Assembly: GCA_036172245.1 (NCBI GenBank)
Contig: JAYWIR010000008.1
Location: 2,170,001 to 2,234,000, forward strand
Direction: 5' to 3'
From: Raillietiella orientalis
Taxonomy: Eukaryota
Length of the DNA stretch: 64,000 nt
The position numbers were made by a program, and so were the translations under genes. Below the pieces are notes generated by a model that was given only the letters and a program-made list of their open reading frames with translations, did not search any database and was not told the DNA's origin. How positions within the stretch are numbered: the first letter of the stretch is position 1; each line of letters begins with the position of its first letter. Below, piece by piece: positions 10,827 to 22,800 of the stretch.

Positions 10827-13800
10827 AGCACACAACCAAAGTCCAAACCTTCATCAGGCTACGAACCTTCATCAGGACACGTGAACAAATCCATCCGTTT
10901 GGAGATCCTCCTGGTCATTTTCTGAGAAAATTTGCTGCTGGAAAAGTAAGGTTTTCAAAATGGCGTCGGGGCCCCACGAAACGTGGTGTTTTTTTTTTTT
11001 TTCGAGTGGCACGCGGTGCGAAATCCGATGGGCGCCCAACGGTCGTCCCGGCTTCCACCGGTCCTTCCTCTGCCATCATCCCCTTCCCTTCCTGTTCCTG
11101 ATTTCGTGTTGCGCTGAGATGGAAAACGGACTGGGCTCCCCGGCGCGTGGATGCTTCCTCCCTCCGTGTGTGCGGACAAACCGCAGCAACACGAGAAGGA
11201 TGCTTCCTCGTGAGAATCCCATCAGAAAACTTGGGAACGAAGCAAGATGGGGCAACACGCGGAGCGGCATGCAAGGGTTGGTCCACAGTCAGGAGATATC
11301 CAGCACGTGTGTGCGCTTTTTTCTCAGTAAATGCGCGAAGATTTCTTCGCTCCTTCCCAGAGGGAATCTTTGATCTTTCTCGTGCAGTTGGAAGTTAAGC
11401 GTTCGCTCCGGAGGCGGGGTCTCCCATTCTCCCCTCCCACGCCGACCCCGCCCTCCTCTGCCTAGAAAACACGGGCGTGCTAGAGGGAAGCAGGGGAACT
11501 AGAGCTTTCCCAAGACTTCTCGGGTGAACTCCGTCCCGCGTGACGCTTTTCAGTCTCTCCTCTCCACGCGGGCTGTTCATCCAGCGTTTCTCCAGCAAGC
11601 GGATGCGCGCTCCTGCAGGAGACGAAAAGAGGGAGGGAAAAGGAGGAGGCGGAGGTGCATTCGGGAAGAGGCGCATCCTGGCTGGTGGAGGTCATCCCTT
11701 CTCCCTCCAGGCTCTTCCTGCTGTCCAAACTGGCTACGTCCGACACTGCTGTCGTCGCTTCCTGTCTTCCAGGAGTATCCATGATGCCGGCGCACGACGG
11801 GAGAGGGAGCAGGTTTGGGAGGAGAGGCAAGGAGCAGGAAGCCAAGCCGTTGGCCGCCTGGCAGGAAGCGGCTGAGTGGGGCATCCAGGTTTGCACCGTT
11901 CCCTTCTTGTGGAGAGCGTTCGTCCCGGACAACGAGGGTTCGTGCCGCACGTCTCCCCGGTTGATGCGGATGAGAAGGGATTGACGGAGCTTTTTCCCGG
12001 ACTTCCTCCCCTTGGTCCCTGCTCCCATCCCTCGGACTCACTCGGGACGGAAGCGAGGAGGGGCACCCGGATGCAGCACGAACCTCGACGTCATCTCCCG
12101 GCTTCTGAAGCTCCTCTCCATCCTCTTCCCCTCGCCCCCCTCCCTCTTCCTCCATCTTCTTCCCCTTGTTTCCTCTTCCCTCCGCCTTCCGGAGGCGGAA
12201 GACATCAGCCCGGCAGACGTGCTGCTTCCTTCCAACGGTCTCGCTTCGTGGATCTCTTGGAGGAGGCGAGCGCGCGCGCGTCTCGTGCGGCCTTCTGGCC
12301 TGTCTGCGGCGCTGCCGTCCGCTCCACGGAATCGCTCTTGCCGAGTGCATCGCCTGAGTCCGTCCCGTTTGCTGGGAGATACGGTCTTGGACGGTCCAGC
12401 GAAGGGAGCTGTTTTGCGGTGGAGCATGCGGACTACGCGGGGGACGAGCGGGGAGGTGGAAGGGATGAATCGGGAGAACGGGAGCGGAGCAAAGGAGGAA
12501 TTTCTCCCCCTTTATTCTCTGTGGAGAGAGTGCCAAAGGGCGTCACTCCTCCTCCTCCTCGTCTCTTGTGTCCCAGATGTCGAGCGCTGATCCTGAAGAT
12601 CCTGAATGCTGCAGATCCTGAAGATGGTGGGGAGAGATTGTCCGAAGGAATAGCCTCCTCACTTCGGAAAATCTGTCCAATCTTGGACATTCAGGAACCT
12701 CGGTCACGTAACGCGTGACGCGTGAGCGATCCGTCTGGGGGGGAAGGGGGGGGAGGGAAGGCAGCATACTTCCAAGGGCATCCATCCGTCCAGCTCCCGA
12801 GCTCAGCACAAGCGCGTGGATTCGCGCACGAACCTACATTTCGAGTCAACCTCAGCCCAAGTCTCTCAGGAGACGGAAGAGAGGGCCGGACGATTCCTCT
12901 TCCAGCTACCGCGGTCCAGTCTTTTCCCCGAGATGCGGCTTGGTCCACCTCTCTGCACCTTTCTCTTCCATGCCATTTTCGTTCTTCGGCTCATGGAGTC
13001 TTCACTTTCGCTCCGTTCCTCTCGGGTTCCTCGTGCTCTTCGGTGCCGGGGAAGCATCACGCGGGTACCTCCAAATGGAGCGAACGTTTCTACGGTGACA
13101 TCCGTTCCCTCGCGGGTGAGAGGGGCCCGTCTGTCTTGAAAATGCACGGGTCGGAATCAGACGTTGGGGAGCAGTAGGTCACGGAAGGAACAGAAGAGCC
13201 GAGGACACCAAGAGCGGCAAGTCTCTGGTCGCTGCCCAAGGCCTCTCCCGCTCTCAGGGGAGCAAGCAAGAAACCTGCCAAGGATCTGCGTGAGGTTGGC
13301 TTGGTCGCGAGCTAAGGATCAAGATGATCCACCTCGAGGACGACTTTCAGATGAGGTCGACCCACTTTGAAGACGACCTCAGTCAAGACTGACCCAAATA
13401 CGAGACGTGAGGGAGGACGGAGACTCCGGAAATGTTCTCAGGGTCCCCGGCTGGCAAATAGGGAGGGTCATGAGATTCCGTACGTCGGAGAGCGCCTCCA
13501 AGGAGACGAAAACGTGATGTTGGGTGAGATTTCGTCCTGCTGTTCCCTGGGGACGAGGTCCAGATATTTTCGGCCGCTGGCGACCGGGTGCCCTCAGGCA
13601 GTGGTGAGGGGGATGAGAGCCGTCGCCTCGGGGCCTGGGGGTTGTAGGTAGGTCCTGAGCCAAGCGCGAGTGAAGTGGCAGGCGGAGTTGGTGTGCGTGC
13701 ATCACGTGGATGTCCACCCATGTACATCCCTTCACGGCTGGATGGCACTCTCCATTCGGCGGGGCTCCGTGTCTGCCACGCGTACCCGGAGGGGATAAGG

Positions 13801-13890
13801 GAATAAAGGAGGGAAGGGCATCTCTTGCAGAGTGGGAGGAGGAGAGAATCCGGAGGGCATTTTGAATTACCTCTGCGTGCCTTCCCTTAG

Positions 13891-16800
13891 GACGGCGGAG
13901 ATCGCGCCCCCTGGGGGCAGCTCTTTGGGAAGGGCACGGAGCTCCTGGTCCAAGAGGAGAGATTGGAGCTGGCTGCGATGCGAGAAGCCGCGAACGGCTG
14001 CCTGTCGCGCCTGACCAGCCTGCGAGAGAGGCAGCGGGAGGTGGAAGACCAGGTACCCCTGCAGTGCGGCAGAGTGGCCGGCCTCCAGGAGGAGCTGCGC
14101 TTCGTTAGAGGCGAGAAGCTGCGTCTGGAGACGCTCCTGTGCCGCCTGCACTCCAAGGTGAGCGCGATCGTCGCTCCGCTCCCGTCCCTACTTGTACGCT
14201 CCTCTTTGAGAAGGCAGGGTGGAGTAGGGTCCCTTTCTCTCCATTCTTTTGAACCGATCGCTCGGTCTCTCTGCCCTCTGAAGCGAAGACGACGGATTAT
14301 TCCGTCGCCCTTGCTCTTGTATTGATTGATTTCTAAGCTAAGTCAGATTATTGGTGGATAGTGTAGTTAATGTTCTTAGTAAGATTAGAGGAAGGAAGAT
14401 GCTTCTCTCGCGCTCCCGAGTTCCCCTTCCCGATCCCGACAGAATTTGCGTCGCAGGGTCCGCCAGGGCACGGGATCCCACGGGTCGTCCCCGACCCCCC
14501 TCGCTACCGCCTGAGGATTCTCCTGGACCGCAATCCAGCGGGCTCCCAACTCGCGCACTCTGGCGAGGGAATCCGGGAAGAGAAAGCGTCTCTGGGCTCT
14601 TCTTCCGGAGGTGCGCAGGAAGAAGCAGAAGGGGAGCAGCAGGAACAAAGGGAACCCTCCTCCTTCCTTTTTCATTCCTCCGGAAAACTCCGGAAAACTC
14701 ATTTTCGATTCCGGAGCCAACCCCGAATTGGGAGGCAATGGAGGGCGCTGATGGGATGGCGGAGGCAGTCCAGGGTAGGGGAGAGCTATCCCAGAACGAG
14801 ATTCTCTCCTTGTTCTCCAGATGAAGAAGAGAGGCCGCCCGCCCCCGCCCACGGCAGCTGCAGCAGTTCCGTTAGTGACGCGGGGGAAAGGGGGAAAATG
14901 CCACGAACTACCCCGAGGATCAGAAGGGCGCGAGCAAATCTTCCGGATATGACCTGCTGGGCAAACGCAACACCCGTAGAGATGGAAGGTGCAGCGCCTG
15001 GGGGCCACTCTCCTTGCGTGTAAGGTCCTCTGGGCGCAGGACCTCGAGGTTTGGGCAGACCTTGCGCCTCCGGTGTCTCCTTCCGGAGTTTCCTCGTAGA
15101 GGAAGGATGTCGTGTTTGCGGGGGATGGGAGGAGGACGACTTCCGAAGGGATGTTACCGGACGGTCCCGCTGGGATCTCCCTCGATCGGATGAGGGGAGG
15201 AGACTTCCCAGGGTTGTGATGGGAAGGGAGGGGGAGGGGGGAAACGGACCGACCGTTCCTTCACGGCGAAGGGTCCAACGCACAGAGTCCAGAGTCTTGA
15301 GCGCAGCTCCGGAGGCGCGTTTCCGGGACTGGGACGCTCGTGTCCTAGACGCCTCGTTCCCCGGAAGACCCGGGAGGAGGAGGAAGCGTCGGCTGCATTC
15401 GCTTGCCGCTAGCAGGAATCCCTCAGGAGGAGATCCTTTATTCCGTAGCGCACGCGCCCCCGAGGGGGAGACGGAGGGTTGCGGACCCTGAAGAAAAGGG
15501 ATTTCCTGGGGGAGAAGAGCAGCGCTCTCAGGAAGCGGCCCTCAGGGGGGGAGTTCGTGCACAGCAGCAGCAGCAGCTCCTCCATTTTCGAAGTCTAGAG
15601 GGACTCCTTGCCAGGAACCCAGATCCACCTCGGCCTTTGCTGTAGGAGGGGGAGGTATCTCCAGGGTTGCCTTCGGCGCTGGCCGCTCCCAAGTGGTGCT
15701 TCAGGGGTTTCAGTCTGTCTTCCGTTTCCGTGGAAGCGGAGTCGATCGCTGGACCTCTCTACTGCAGCCCGGTGCTTTGTCAGGGGCCCAATCTCTCCAA
15801 AAGGAGGTGGAGTGTCCGAGTCTCTCCTTTCGGAGGATGGATCCGGAGCTCTGATTTCTTCCGGGGATCGGCGAGCGATGGCACCACGTTTCTTCCTGTC
15901 GGTTTCTGGTCCCTGGGCGGTCGGGTGCTTCTCTCGGAAGGGGAGGGACGCCGCCCGAATGTGAGAGAGAGCAACGTCGGACCCCCCCTCCCCCCTATTC
16001 CTTCACTCACCCTCTCTCCCGGCTCCCCCAGCTGGCAGCCGACTCGGAGGAGCTGCGCGGTCTGCGCACCGAGCTCGCCGCCGAGAGGGGCGACGCCGCC
16101 TCCGCGCGGGAGCGCGGCCGTCAGCACAGCCGCCGGCTCTCCGAGCTGGGTACCAGGCTGGCCAGTGAGGCTGCCCGCGAGGAGCGCGCCGAGGACATCC
16201 TCCGCGGGCTCCAGTCCAAGAGGAGGCTCAAGGACTTCCGGCGCGCAGAGCTGGCCCAGGAGAACCAGATGGCGAAGTCGACCCTAGAGGTGGATGCTTC
16301 CGGTAGCGAGGACCTCGAGGCGCACGGGCGCCTCTGTTCGTTCATTCTGAGGAGGGAGGGCGAGAAGCTCGGCGCCTCCGTGACCGGTCTCCAGGAAAAG
16401 GTGAGTAGCGCCCGTTCTAGACACTAGCTCCTTCGGACCGCTTGGTTCTGCCCCTTCCGTGCTCTGTCGGCGGACGCCTCCAGCGTAGGCTCTTAGCCCG
16501 CTTCACCCATCCTCTTCCTTGCAGGGGGGTCGGGGAAGAGAGAGGGGGGCGTCTGCTGCCGCCAGGTGGCACTCAAGGAACATCGTGCGCTCGCCCCTGG
16601 CAACGGTCGGAGGGGTTGAGCAGACACACACATCCCGGCCAAGTTCCGGGTTCCCTCATCAGGGGAGCCTCTCCTCTCCCCGTTGACGCCTTCCCGCTCC
16701 CTAGCAACGCTCCCTGTCATCTCTCCCATGCCGCAGCACCCAGTCAGCGCGGTCCATGATCTGGAGGTAAGCAGGCTGGCCTTTCTCTTCTCGCCTTGAC

Positions 16801-19800
16801 GGCCCTCTGGTTGCGCAAAGATGGACGCCCGCCTCTTACTTGAGGAAGAGGTGGTCGATGGCTGCTTTTTCCGCATGCGCCCCCTTTGTCAGACTGCGTT
16901 CTTTCTGGTCCGGCAGCTGTCTGCCCATTCCTTGTCTCGGGGCGATCTCGTACAACCCCAACCCGATCCACTTGTCTCCCTGGGGATCTGCGGGTAGTCC
17001 GACCGGCCTGCTTCCGGCGGTGTCCACCCCCAGGAGTTCCACCCCCCCCCATCCTAGGCGCATCCCCTTTTCCTCCTCCAGAGCCCGTGCGTCCGAACTC
17101 CTCACCTCCTGCGCTGAGGCGCTTGCCGGGAAGATCCAGCGGACGTCTCCCCGATGCGGCGGAGCAGAGCGGAACGCGCAGGGCCGCTCCTTGGTCCTCG
17201 GTTGCCGCGGATGCCGCGCGTTCAACGCGGAGGGCGCGCCCCCTCCCTTCCCCGTGACTTTCGCGAGGCGGGGAGGGGAGGAGGTTCCAGGCTCCTCGGG
17301 ATGTGACCTCCCCGCTTGCTTCTCCTTTTCCTCACCAGGTGTCCTTTCTGGAGGAGGAGGCGAATGAGCGGGCGTCAGAGGCGGAGGCTGCCGACGCCCA
17401 GCTGCGGGAGATATCCAGAAAGCTCGCCGAGATGAAGGATCGATCCCGGGAAGAACGGCATCTGCGCATCCGGATGGAAGCCGAGATCGTCTCCCTGGAG
17501 CGAAAGGGGGAGGAGCTGCGGGAGAAGATCACGGACCTGTCGAGGCAGCAGCAGGAGCTTTCGCTCGCGGCGACAATCTCGCGAGATGCCCGGTCGAGGC
17601 AGGAGAAGATCGACGGGCGCAAGCAGGGAGAACTGCTGAGGGAAATCCTGAACTGGAGGAGCCTCCGGGAAGCGGAGGGCAGCATCGCCGCGGACCTTAT
17701 GAGCGCGGTATGCAGTGCAGAGGGGAAGGGGATGAAGAGGAGGGGGGGTAGAGGAGGACTGCAGTGGGTCAGTGGATCAGGCGCGTTTGGCTCCCTGAGA
17801 TTTCGGCCACTGGGACGGCGTCATGTGGGAGGGTGTCTTACGGGTTCGTCCGGGAAGAGAAGGGGAGGTCAGGATGAGGGAGCGGGTGCACAGGGGCACT
17901 TCAAGGAGAGGCGAGCTTCAGTGCCGAGAGAAGGGAGGGGGGAGGGGGGATCAAGGAGTCATCGCGCAGGATCGTTCGCCTCTTTCTGAGACCGATGCGT
18001 CATCGTCACCCCGTTAAGGAACACCCTGCCGAGCGGCGGCTCGGGAGGAGGTGGAGGCTGGGAAAGTCAAATCCTCTGGTCCTTGTGGTCAGGGTTAGCA
18101 TCGCTGGTCCCCTCCTCGGAAAACGGGAGTTCATCGAGGCTTCAAGCGAGCGAATGGCTTCATCTCCTCTAGGCCGTCATCGACTCTCAATGTCGGAGGA
18201 ACGGGGAAGAGAGTAGGAAGAAGAGGAGGAAGGAGGAAAAGGGAGAGGAGTGAGAAGGAGGAGCAGGGAGGAGCAGAAGAAAAAAAGAATGAAATTTTAG
18301 AGGGGCAGGAAGCCATGACTTGCGAGCATTTGAATGGGGAGCGAAAGATCAGAGTAAAGTGAGTTGCCCACCGAGTGACCCCAATCCCTTCTTCAAACGG
18401 ACTCACCGGCCCTCCGCCCACCCGTACGCAGTATTTTCGTTTTGCTCGCCACTCTCCGGAGGGAAGAGAGGAACTGCGAAGGAACTCCTGGAATTCGAGG
18501 TCCACTATGGTCCCTATACGCAGCGGTCCACTTGCTCGCCTCTATGGAAACGGCGAAGCAAGAAAGGAAAGTTCCACCACGAATTGCTCGCAGATGACCT
18601 GTGGGAGACTCTGGCCCGCAATGCTGCAGGCGTGCATGATACCACGATTCCGATGCCGTCCTGGTCGGAAGGACTCTAGGGATAGCATCTCTCGGGGAGA
18701 GAGGGAAGACGGGAGGTTTCCTTTTCTTCCCTCCCCTCGTTCCCCCCATGCTCCTCCTTGCTCTCCAAGCTCACTGCTCCTCTTCGCACGAGGTATCTCT
18801 ATCCCCTTAGGCCGTCTTCGTCCGTGGGGACAGCCACGTTCCTCAGTGGGGGCTTGCTAGCATCATCTTCGGGTAGCACATGGGGGTTTCCTTCGAGGAA
18901 CGGGAACAGGGAGGATAAAAGCGCGGGAGGTCTTGGGTGCCAGGAAAGGATGTCTGCCTCTGAGGGACTGACAGTGCTACTATGTGAAACGGTGGTGATC
19001 CGGTTCAGATCCTCTGGTTCTCTGCTCACTACTTTCCTTCCTCTCAGCAGGGTCCCTTGCTACTAAGACACCTGGCTTTCAGCTCGAGGATCTGGAGGAG
19101 ACGAAGAAGCATTTAGGGATGCAGCTGAAAGAAGTCCCCAGGAAGGTCCAGTCTCTACGTCTGGATGCCTACCGGAGCCACGTCCTGGAGCTGCAGGTGA
19201 CCTTGGAACAGCTCAGGCGGCAAGTGGATGAGGAGGGCTGCTCCAGCAGAGCAGAGAAGGAGAGAGCGCGCATCCTCCTCCGGACGTGCAAGCGACTGGA
19301 GCACGAAAGCGTCAGGATGAAGTGGCGCAGGCGCAACGAGACCAGTGCGGGCATCCTCTCCGCACGCCTCAAGGAGCTCAGAAGGGAACGCATCGACAAG
19401 GAGGCCGCGATGTACTCCCGGGAGACCAAAGTCAAGCATGAGGCCTTGCAGCGCCTGTCGAACAAGGTGGGTCTCCCTCCTTTTTCCGCTCCGCGATTCC
19501 CTGAGGCCTCTCGGGGAAACGACCTGCAGTGTCCGCCGCGGAGAAGCGCTTCCGAATGTCCGCCCCCTCGGGGAGATTCGCCGATGCTCCCAGAGATGGC
19601 GCTCTCCGACAGTTGCGGAACTCTAAATTCTCTCGTTTGGCGAAAAGCGAATCGAGTTGTTCCAGGTCCACGACTGATTGTGGGTGGTGTCGCGTGGAAT
19701 CCACTAGGCCCAGTTTTCCTCCTATGGCTAATGACAGGTCACGGAGCCGACAAGTCAGATTACAGCGAATTCGAGACGGAGGGTCCTCGGGTTGCGAGAC

Positions 19801-22800
19801 CGAAGATGGTCACGCACGAGAGTCAGCAAAGCAGTCCAGCTCACCTAGGTCACAGTTGATGGAATGGCTGGCGGAGATGCCAGGCACGAACAGCGGCTGA
19901 TTGAAAAAGCTGACTGAATCTGCAGCTCACAGTCCTTCGACACTGCTGCCGAGCGAAAGAGAATTCAATATCGACATCTCGCATTCCCTGATATGCACGT
20001 TAACAACGAGTAGTTATCGGTGCCCCGGTGCCTGCTCTGAGAATTTCCTTGAACACGAGAAGGAATAATCTCGCAAGAATTTCCTCATCGCGAGGTGCAA
20101 ATGCTGCGAGGACATTCTCGTTGCGAAAACTCGGACATCTCGGCATGCCCCGAGAATTCACTCGAGTGCAAAAGTCGAGAGAACGGGAATTCTCGTTGCA
20201 GATTCTCGAGAGAGTCATCTCCATGTTCGTCGACCGCCCCCGGCTAGTTACGCGGATGGGGAAGGGACGGCAAATGGGGTCGCTGCACCGAGGTGATCAG
20301 AACGCTCCGAGGAGGACTAGGACAGCGAATCAAAGTCGTAACGCTTTTCCACCACCCCGACTGGCAGTCCCGGTGGTAACCACTCGCGATGCAGAAGAGC
20401 CATCTTACGAGAATATCTCTCGGCTCTCCACCAGGGAGAACGGTGGACCGAACGCGCCGCGGAGCGTTTCCCGGCCGGCCACCGGGCGGTTCCGTTTCCC
20501 TGACGACGCGCAGCTCCGAGGGGCTACCACCGAAATCGACTGTTTCACTTAAGCAGACCTGCATATGGGATGGGCGCGTACCTGGACCGCTACCATCGCT
20601 CACCTGACATCCTTCTTTGCAGCAGGTGGAAGAGCAGGATGCTTTGGATATGACGACTGCAATGCTCAAGGACTACGAAGTGCAAAAGCAGAATCTGGAA
20701 GAGGAGATATCCGCGTCCATGAGCCGCGAAGATGGAGATAAGGCCGAGAGGATAACAAGCAGCATCACTTCCGAAATACAGAGATTGAAACTGGACAGTC
20801 ACGCCAGGCGTCAAAGAATAGAGGCCCTGAGGGCGGAGGTCACGAGGAATAGCATCCAAGAAACAGAAAAGCGGATATCGAATCTGGAAGGCTGCCTGAA
20901 CACGCTGGTCAGTATCCTGGAAGATCAAAAGAAGAGGGTGGAGCAGTCGAAAGTGGATACTGTAGAGGAAGTCTTCTGCATCCAAAGAGGAGTGAGTAGA
21001 ACGCATCTTGTTACTAGGGTCCACGGAGATGCTGTCAGGCAATGATGTGCCTCGCCGAGCTTCTGCGCACACATGATAGCTGCCCGCCTGTTCGCTCTGG
21101 TGCACGCGCTACCTAGGAGTGAAAATCCGAGCGCAGTTTTCCCTCCCCGTGGAACGCCGCCGCGACCATAAGCGACGACAGGACATCCGTGGACCGTCCT
21201 CATCCGCGGCACTACCGCGTCGATGAGCCGCGAGCACGCGAAAAAGTTCCCCGAAACTCGAGAGCTGTGCGCCTTTTTGCAAGAGTCCCGATCGACCGTG
21301 CCGTTCCGGGCTTTCTCTCATATTACATGCGACCCGAAGAGCTCCTTTCGCAGAAGAATCGATGGTATACTTCGTCTTGCACCCAGTCCATCAACACCAC
21401 GTTTCCAAGCCTGCGTGCGCCTGCGTGTCCGGATCTTTGTGGCCTTTGGCAGTCATTCGGTGCCGTGCTACCTGGAGCGTTGCAGCGTCCAGCGGAAAAT
21501 AGGCAGATCGCCTCTTGAGGAGTCAGGATGCATCAGGATGGTGGATCAATCCGCCTTGCTTGCTTCGACATGCTTTGGATATCGGTTGTGATGGGATGCA
21601 AGCGCATAGAGAGGCTCTTGGGCACAGCATCCACACGTCGTCTTCCTCCGTTTGTGCATTGTCTGAGAGGAGGAGGAGGGGGATGCCACCGTTGCGACGG
21701 ACGTAAGAAACCGCTGCAGCTTGTGCGCTCGCATCTTGGTGACCAGCTGGGACGCTCGCGTCCATGGGATGCTGAAAAGCACGCGCGTCACGCCCACGCA
21801 CTCCTATTGCGGGTCAAACTCGGCAGCATCGGGTTCGAACCTGCGCGATCAGGCGGATGATTACGAAAGATGCAGCGCGAGCCACAGCATGGTGTGGTTG
21901 TGTGGCCAAGAAGACTGCGTACAGGCACAGCATATTTGTCATCCCTCTACGAGCGGACCCTTTCCGGTGAACGCTTCCGGAATTCATGCCGGCACTCTTC
22001 GACCCGCAGGAGATTGGTTTCCACCATCGCTGTTGCGGATGACTTAAACATGGCCGGGTTTCATGCTTCCCAGCATCATACCAAGGTTTGAATGAGCGTA
22101 CGAAGGGAGGACGAACGGGAAAGGGCTCCAGGTCCGAGGAGGACGACAGAGTCAGCCTAACCGTAAGGGCACGGTGTCTCGGAAACGCTTTTTTCTTTCT
22201 CTTTCGGAACGGACGCAGCGGTGCGAGAGGGAACGCTGTCATCGAAGCAGCCACAACCAACGGACTATTTCCAAAAAGCTCGTGGCGGCGCTCACTCCGA
22301 CTGCATCCCTCTCCGAGTAAAGTCATCCTGGTTCACTCTTTGCCCGCTCGTCCCACTTTTCTCAACACAGAGTCCTGGAGAAAACAATTGAAATTTGGTA
22401 CCTCAGCGCTGCATCGAAGGAAGTGTTACCCTCACTCGGAGCCCCGGAATCCCGGCTCCGGCATTCACGCCACCAATCCGCCACCCGGCCCCGTGGATGG
22501 GGAGGGTAGGCAGACGAATGGATTCGCCAAAGAGCAGCGCGCAGGCGCGGGAGATCCCTACAAAAACCCACAGCCGTCTCTTCTCTCGCGGTGTCCAAGC
22601 CCGGGTGGAAGAGGGACAGCCCACGAGGGTTGGGGCACCGGGGATTTTTGCCTCAAGGTGTGCGGTTGGGTGAGACTGAGGGAGATCCGGACTTCATGCG
22701 GCAGCGGAGGCTGCCATGACCTCTCCCTTCTTCCATCGAGGTCATGTCAGCTCCCTCTCGACTCTCCTCTCCCCCCTCTATCCTGGCAATCGACCGACCA

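Noticed and set aside
10955..10966. YY1/Pho-like motif caaaatggcg as a promoter of the coiled-coil gene
   Set aside because: A single short motif without other support cannot define a promoter.
21200..21900. PIF/Harbinger transposase relic
   Set aside because: The resemblance was vague. Direct nucleotide matches to the LINE copies at ~32310 and ~42160 explain the region better.
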